64,000 nucleotides of DNA from IMG/VR virus record IMGVR_UViG_3300008113_000012, positions 1-64,000 of that record; one strand, given 5' to 3'. Shown here in pieces: positions 58,278 to 64,000 of the stretch. Source of the DNA: a virus. Positions within the stretch are counted from its first letter, which is position 1. Each line of letters starts with the position of its first letter. The notes under the pieces were generated by a model that saw nothing but the letters and a program-made list of their open reading frames with translations, was not told the DNA's origin and did no database searches. The translations under genes and the position numbers were made by a program.

Positions 58278-61200
58278 ATGGCAGCAGAATTTAAAATTGG
58301 CAGATTGCGTTACACATGGAAAGGCGCTTGGGGAACAGCAACTTTTTATAATAGAGATGCGGTTGCATCATTTGACGGTAAAACTTATGTTTGTTTAGTA
58401 CCTCACACATCTAGTCAGTTTTACAGCGATTACAATTACGTCGATCCAGTAAACGGTAGTGCTCCTCGCTGGACATTAATGTTAGATGGAACTTCTTGGA
58501 AGGGTGAATGGCAACCTCTTACATCATATACACTAGGTGCTATTGTTCTTTATGGCGGAAGTTTATATAAGCGTATTGTTAATGCACCTAGCGGCCCAAC
58601 ATTTAATACTGCTAATTGGGAAATTTACATCGATGTAAACAGTAATTGGGCAGGAGAGTGGATCACAGCTACGCTATACAAATTAGGTGATATTGTAAAA
58701 TATGGCGCAACTACTTACAGATGTATAGTTCAACATACTTCTGCACTCCTTCTTGAAACTAATTTAGCAAATTGGGAAATTGTAGAAGCTGGTATCGAAT
58801 TTAAAGGCACATGGAATCCTAGCGCAGTGCGCTATAAAGTTAACGACATAGTTAAATACGGCCCAGACTTGTGGATTGCTAACGTAGGCCATACTTCAGC
58901 ACTGCCATTTAATGCCAGCACTGACATTGAGAATACATTACTGTCATGGCGCCTATGGCTTCCAGGCGCAGAGTATACAACATCGTGGAGTTCGACTACA
59001 ATTTATCAACCGGGCGAAGTTGTAATGTATGGAGGTTATTCATACGTTAACTTAACTATTAATAATCAAAACATTTTACCAACTGCTCCGGGTAGTGATT
59101 GGGAAGTAGTCACTACTGGATATAGTTTTCAAAATGATTGGTTAGTAGGAACAGCATATAAAATTGGTTCAGTTGTTAGACGCGGCGGCAATTTGTTCGA
59201 AGCAATAATAGATACTCAAGGTGAAGATCCTACAGAGGCCACTGTTACCGTAAATTATACCGCTGCCGGCAGTAGCGGAACTACATTAGTAGTTAATGAT
59301 ACAACTGGAATATACCCAGGCATGATAATTTCTGGAGACGGATTCGGATTAGGACAATTTGTTACGGAAGTAGTCGACGGAACTACACTAGCTATTAGCC
59401 TCGCACCAGACAATACAATTATTGACAATTACCCATTATCGCTAACAGGAGTTAACGGAACAGACTGGAAATTAATTACACCTGGAATTAGATGGAGAAA
59501 TAGATGGCTAGCTGGCAGCACTTACGTAGTTGGTGATATTGCAATATGGAATAATGCAACATATAAGTGTGTTAAGACAAATGTAGCAAGTACACCTAAT
59601 AGACCAGATAATAATATAACAAATGATATTTGGATTCTACATCTCCCACATGACCAGTACAACGTTTTAAATCTACCTGGAGATATGGTTGTTAATACAG
59701 ATGGTACTAATGAAGCATTGTCTATCGGCCCTGAAGGTTTCTTATTAAAATCAATCAACGGTATTCCAACATGGTCAAACGTATTCCAAACCCCAGCAGT
59801 ATATTATGTCACTCCAGACGGAACTGATTTACCAGGCAGTGGCAGGACTTGGGACAACCCGTACAAGTCTATAAAATATGCATGTGATCAGATTAATACA
59901 GGTATTTTTAATCTTTTTGCTAAAACTAGATTATTAAATAACAAAGAATTTTTAGTAGAAGAAGTAGTGCAATGGCAAATCTATCAAGTTGCTCAAGGTA
60001 ATGCACCCTTTACTATTAATGTATTTCCAGACGAATTTAAAACTAGACGAGATACTGGGTATCTAATTGATGCAATTATATTTGATTTATCTCGCGGAGG
60101 TAATAGTCAAACTGTTGCATTTGTTTTATCATTTTTTGATAGAGAATCAGATAACAAGTTTGTCACTGACGAAGTAGCAGACGAAATTGATACATTTATT
60201 GCAACTTTAAATCATTTATTTGATATTATTCTTGATGTATTAAACGGGGTAACAGTCACTCCTTCATACATTGATCTTAACAACGTTGTTACAGATCTAG
60301 TACAAGTTATTGGCGCTCCAGTCGAAGTATTAGTCATTAATCTTGTAAATGATTATAGATCAATAATCATTACACCACTAGTTGATGCTAACACTAATAA
60401 CGTTCCTCCTGAAAATCAAGGATTAACATCAACCGTTATGGTTAAAACTGGCGCTTTCTTTGAAGACCTTCCTATTGTTGTTCCATCAAATACTGCATTA
60501 GTTGGCGATGAGTTACGAGGAACAGTAGTTTCTCCAAAAGTAACAATTAACACAATTATTACTAGAACTTTGGCCAGCACTAACGTTTTTGTAACAGTAT
60601 CTACAGTAGGAATGGTTGAAGGAATGGGAGTACAATTTGTATCATCAAATCCTGTAGACGACAAAACTACAATTTTTGGCGGAGTGACTGCAGGACAGAC
60701 ATATTATATTGTTGGAGAAATTACAGCTACTCAATTTCAAGTTAGTGAAACAGTAGGCGGTTCTCCAATAACAGTTACAAATAATATAGGTGTTATGAAA
60801 ATTTACGGAGGCGATGCACTAAAAGATATGTTTTATGTGCAAAACGCTACAGGTATTCGCAATATGACACTTACAGGATTGTTAGGTACGTTGACAGATG
60901 TAAATGATTTTAATACACGTAGACCAACAGGCGGCGCATATGTTAGTTTAGATCCAGGTTCTGGACCAGATGATACTAGTGCATGGATTATTAAACGAAG
61001 TCCTTATATACAGAACGTAACAACATTTGGCATTGGCTGTGTTGGGTTGAAAGTAGATGGAACACTTCACTTAGGTGGAAATAAATCAGTAGTTGCTAAC
61101 GATTTTACGCAAATTTTAAGCGACGGCATAGGTGCGTGGATCACTGGACCAGATGCGTTATCAGAACTTGTTTCAGTATTCAGTTACTATAACTATGCTG

Positions 61201-64000
61201 GATATTTTGCTGAAGATGGAGGACGTATCCGTGCTACTAACGGTAACAGCTCATATGGAACATTTGGTGTTATTGCTGAAGGATTTAATGAAGACGAAGA
61301 CCCTATTTTGGGAAATATTTTCAATAGGTACTTTGAAGCAACAGCTGAACCGTTTAGCTCATTAGGTTCAAACGCAGAAATTTTAAAATTACAATATAGT
61401 CACGCAGGAGAAATGTATGTAGTTCCCACTACTAATCTGTTAAACTATAGTAATTTATTTACTAACTGGTCGAGTGACGGTGGTGTTACATTAATCCAAT
61501 CTATAGTTTCACCGTTTGGAATATCTAACGCATGGTTATCTATCGGAAATACGTCAGCAGCAGATGCTAATTTATTTTATCAAGATATTACGATAACTCC
61601 ATCTGGGGCACAATACACAGAAGTTGAAGGTACAAACGTACCTGGTGAAGGTTCAGGATCAGGCGCTAAATTTAATATTACAGTAACTAGTACTGAATAT
61701 CTTATTGCCGTATTTGATGGAGGTACTGGTTATGTTGCTACTAACAAGATTAGAATCCTTGGCTCACAGTTAGGAGGAGTTGACGGAGAAAATGATCTAG
61801 TCATTACTGTTACTGGACTTCTTGGTACTGCCATTTCAACCGTAAGCATTACGCCAACGGGCGAATATCCAAACACTGTGCAAGTAGGAAGCATACAACC
61901 TTACACATTTAGTATCTACTGTAAAAAGGGTACTGCGACATTATTTGAAGTAATAGCAACCTTTAGCGGATATTCTACAGCATCAAGTGGAATTACTTTT
62001 AATTTTAATACATTAGAAGTAACGCCTTTTGCATTAACAGGCGGCCTTACACCTACAGTGTATTCTGCTATTCCTGTATCTGGAGCCGAAGGATGGTATA
62101 GATTGTCTTTTAGATTCAACGATGTATCTGCACTTAACAGCTCGTTAAGAATAACCATATATCCAAGATCAAGAAATGGTAGTAGTAGCTATACATTATT
62201 ATATGGATCACAATTAGAACTTGGAAATACTATAGGATTCTATCTAGATACTACTACAAATAAATTTACTTCATATGCAAATTTTGAAATTACAGGCGCA
62301 GGCACTGGAGTTAGTGTAGTAGGAGACGAAATTAGAACTAAGAGTGTATATCAGACTCGATTGTTAGAAGTTAACTCAGTTACTGGCGGTCAAAACTATT
62401 TGGTATCTACTAACAATGGACAAGCTGGTACTTTTGCTACCTTCACTATTGCGGCTTCTGACCAAGCTGGAGAAAAAGAATACTTAGGAATGCGACTATT
62501 CATTAATAGCGGAACAGGAGCAGGACAATACGGTACTATTTCATTCTTTGACACACTACTTAAAACAGCGTCGATAGTAAAAGAATCTTTTATTCCAGTT
62601 GAAATCACATCAACAGAGACTACAACAGATACGTTTACACTAAGCGGTCCAAGTGATGTAAATTCTCTATATGTTGGACAAATAGTTCAATTTGTTCCTA
62701 CTACATACAATGTATCTGTAGGTATTGTTTCTCAAAGTAGTGTTAGCGCAACAGCAACAACAGGTGGCACTGTAAATACTATCACAGTTACTAGTACTTC
62801 AAGCCTAACAGTAGATATGCCTATAGTATTTACAGGAGTAACTTTTGGTGGAGTAACTTCAAATTTTACATACTATGTGTTGACAATTATTGACGATACT
62901 AACATTCAAGTGTCTACTTTAATAGGCGGCGCAGTAGTATTATTAACAACAGTTTCACCTGGGTTAATGCAATTAAATTATCCTAATAACACCAGTTACC
63001 TGCAAGGTATTACTACAAATATGCAAGTAAATTTACCAATTTACTTTACAGGAAATCCGTTATCATCTATAGTTGCAGGAACTACTTATTTTATTAATGA
63101 GATTTATGACGGAACTAATTTTACGATCTCTCCCTCATTAATTACACTAACTGCAACCAATACTACAACAGTTAGCAATACAATAACAGTGAATGACACT
63201 ACTGGGTTAAAGTCATTAACTCCAGTAATATTTACAGGAACTTCATTTGGAGGAGTGTTAGCTAATACCAAGTATTATATTAATCATGTAGTTGATGCAA
63301 GTAAAATTACTATCTCTGCATCTGTAACAACAACTACAATTACTTCTACAAAGATAACAAGTAATTTAATCACAGCAACATCTACAACAGGATTTATAAT
63401 TGGAAACCCAATTGTATTTACAGGTACAACATTTGGAGGTATTGTCAATGATCAAACTTATTTTATATTGTATGTTGCAAACAGCACAAAGTTTACCGTA
63501 AGTAATACCTCAGTTGCATTGAATATTGCAGTATCTGAAACAACAGTATCTACAGATCCAACACGACCAAATGAACTTACTGTAGCATCGTCTAACAACC
63601 TAACGCCGCTAAATCCAATTGTATTTACAGGTACAACATTTGGAGGTATAACTGCAAACATAACATATTTTGTAAACAGAATTATTGATGCACAACATAT
63701 AACTGTTTCACCTAGTATTATTAGTGCAACGGCAACAGAAACTGAAGCAGTTTCTAATCTTATTACAGTAAATGATACCACTGGCTTTGTTCCTAATAAT
63801 CCTGTAATATTTTCAGGTGATACTTTTGGTGGTCTTGTATCTGGAACCGTGTATTATGTTTCGGCTGTAAACTCCATAACATCATTTACTGTTAGTACAG
63901 TTCCTTCAGGTTCGGCAGTTACATTAACTGATGGATTTGGTATTATAACAGTAAGAACTACTTCTGCAAATGTAACATTAACTTCAGCAACAGGTTCTTT
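58278..64000 (+). CDS. Giant multidomain adhesin/tail-fibre protein (>1900 aa, runs off the window): CBM5/12-like repeats, beta-helix, tandem ~65-70-aa repeats
   Basis: Not in the track (no stop). Start and several internal segments were translated by hand, not every codon: MAAEFKIGRLRYTWKGAW..., repeated W....Y..GD(I/V)V.YG...Y, YYVTPDGTD..WDNPYKSIKYA, RSPYIQNVTTFG, repeated PIVFTGTTFGG....TYY. Confidence 0.8.
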   Translation, partial: MAAEFKIGRLRYTWKGAWGTATFYNRDAVASFDGKTYVCLVPHTSSQFYSDYNYVDPVNGSAPRWTLMLDGTSWKGEWQPLTSYTLGAIVLYGGSLYKRIVNAPSGPTFNTANWEIYIDVNSNWAGEWITATLYKLGDIVKYGATTYRCIVQHTSALLLETNLANWEIVEAGIEFKGTWNPSAVRYKVNDIVKYGPDLWIANVGHTSALPFNASTDIENTLLSWRLWLPGAEYTTSWSSTTIYQPGEVVMYGGYSYVNLTINNQNILPTAPGSDWEVVTTGYSFQNDWLVGTAYKIGSVVRRGGNLFEAIIDTQGEDPTEATVTVNYTAAGSSGTTLVVNDTTGIYPGMIISGDGFGLGQFVTEVVDGTTLAISLAPDNTIIDNYPLSLTGVNGTDWKLITPGIRWRNRWLAGSTYVVGDIAIWNNATYKCVKTNVASTPNRPDNNITNDIWILHLPHDQYNVLNLPGDMVVNTDGTNEALSIGPEGFLLKSINGIPTWSNVFQTPAVYYVTPDGTDLPGSGRTWDNPYKSIKYACDQINTGIFNLFAKTRLLNNKEFLVEEVVQWQIYQVAQGNAPFTINVFPDEFKTRRDTGYLIDAIIFDLSRGGNSQTVAFVLSFFDRESDNKFVTDEVADEIDTFIATLNHLFDIILDVLNGVTVTPSYIDLNNVVTDLVQVIGAPVEVLVINLVNDYRSIIITPLVDANTNNVPPENQGLTSTVMVKTGAFFEDLPIVVPSNTALVGDELRGTVVSPKVTINTIITRTLASTNVFVTVSTVGMVEGMGVQFVSSNPVDDKTTIFGGVTAGQTYYIVGEITATQFQVSETVGGSPITVTNNIGVMKIYGGDALKDMFYVQNATGIRNMTLTGLLGTLTDVNDFNTRRPTGGAYVSLDPGSGPDDTSAWIIKRSPYIQNVTTFGIGCVGLKVDGTLHLGGNKSVVANDFTQILSDGIGAWITGPDALSELVSVFSYYNYAGYFAEDGGRIRATNGNSSYGTFGVIAEGFNEDEDPILGNIFNRYFEATAEPFSSLGSNAEILKLQYSHAGEMYVVPTTNLLNYSNLFTNWSSDGGVTLIQSIVSPFGISNAWLSIGNTSAADANLFYQDITITPSGAQYTEVEGTNVPGEGSGSGAKFNITVTSTEYLIAVFDGGTGYVATNKIRILGSQLGGVDGENDLVITVTGLLGTAISTVSITPTGEYPNTVQVGSIQPYTFSIYCKKGTATLFEVIATFSGYSTASSGITFNFNTLEVTPFALTGGLTPTVYSAIPVSGAEGWYRLSFRFNDVSALNSSLRITIYPRSRNGSSSYTLLYGSQLELGNTIGFYLDTTTNKFTSYANFEITGAGTGVSVVGDEIRTKSVYQTRLLEVNSVTGGQNYLVSTNNGQAGTFATFTIAASDQAGEKEYLGMRLFINSGTGAGQYGTISFFDTLLKTASIVKESFIPVEITSTETTTDTFTLSGPSDVNSLYVGQIVQFVPTTYNVSVGIVSQSSVSATATTGGTVNTITVTSTSSLTVDMPIVFTGVTFGGVTSNFTYYVLTIIDDTNIQVSTLIGGAVVLLTTVSPGLMQLNYPNNTSYLQGITTNMQVNLPIYFTGNPLSSIVAGTTYFINEIYDGTNFTISPSLITLTATNTTTVSNTITVNDTTGLKSLTPVIFTGTSFGGVLANTKYYINHVVDASKITISASVTTTTITSTKITSNLITATSTTGFIIGNPIVFTGTTFGGIVNDQTYFILYVANSTKFTVSNTSVALNIAVSETTVSTDPTRPNELTVASSNNLTPLNPIVFTGTTFGGITANITYFVNRIIDAQHITVSPSIISATATETEAVSNLITVNDTTGFVPNNPVIFSGDTFGGLVSGTVYYVSAVNSITSFTVSTVPSGSAVTLTDGFGIITVRTTSANVTLTSATGS
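63408..63649 (+). repeat. 35-bp exact direct repeat within the tandem protein repeats
   Basis: CCAATTGTATTTACAGGTACAACATTTGGAGGTAT at 63408-63442 and 63615-63649 (207-bp period). Confidence 0.85.

Noticed and set aside
50848-63649. Diversity-generating retroelement TR/VR pair among the fibre repeats
   Set aside because: No reverse transcriptase in the window; repeat copies are both coding and their differences are not adenine-specific.
1-64000. tRNA, rRNA, CRISPR arrays, integrase/transposase, alternative genetic code
   Set aside because: None recognised. Very long ORFs are intact in the standard code, so there is no sign of stop-codon reassignment.

Overview
The whole window is one continuous segment of a large, AT-rich, T4-superfamily (myovirus-type) bacteriophage genome, almost entirely virion-structure genes. 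Left block (1-29400, minus strand): baseplate and short-fibre module with three paralogous baseplate/collar proteins, chaperone-tipped fibre proteins, a 4653-aa gp7-position wedge protein, and gp6, gp25, gp5, hub, gp53-like and tube-initiator-like genes. Middle (29478-36431): gp55 late sigma factor, gp47/gp46 (Mre11/Rad50-type), an Hc1-like protein, a stand-alone 145-aa GIY-YIG nuclease followed directly by about 440 nt of hairpin-dense non-coding sequence, a membrane-type protein, and a gp26/gp51-like pair joined by an in-frame T-TTT-TTC -1 slippery site. Right block (36492-64000, plus strand): tape measure, portal gp20, core proteins, protease gp21, scaffold gp22, major capsid gp23, then fibre/adhesin genes, the last running off the window. 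Consensus sigma70 promoters precede gp55 and gp47, and an N-TAAATA late-promoter motif precedes most structural units. Best leads: (1) the GIY-YIG plus structured RNA locus, (2) the lambda G/GT-like frameshift in gp26/gp51, (3) two structured late leaders, (4) the overlapping early/late promoters at gp55. All calls come from motif recognition, synteny and by-eye base pairing. No database search or folding program was run.
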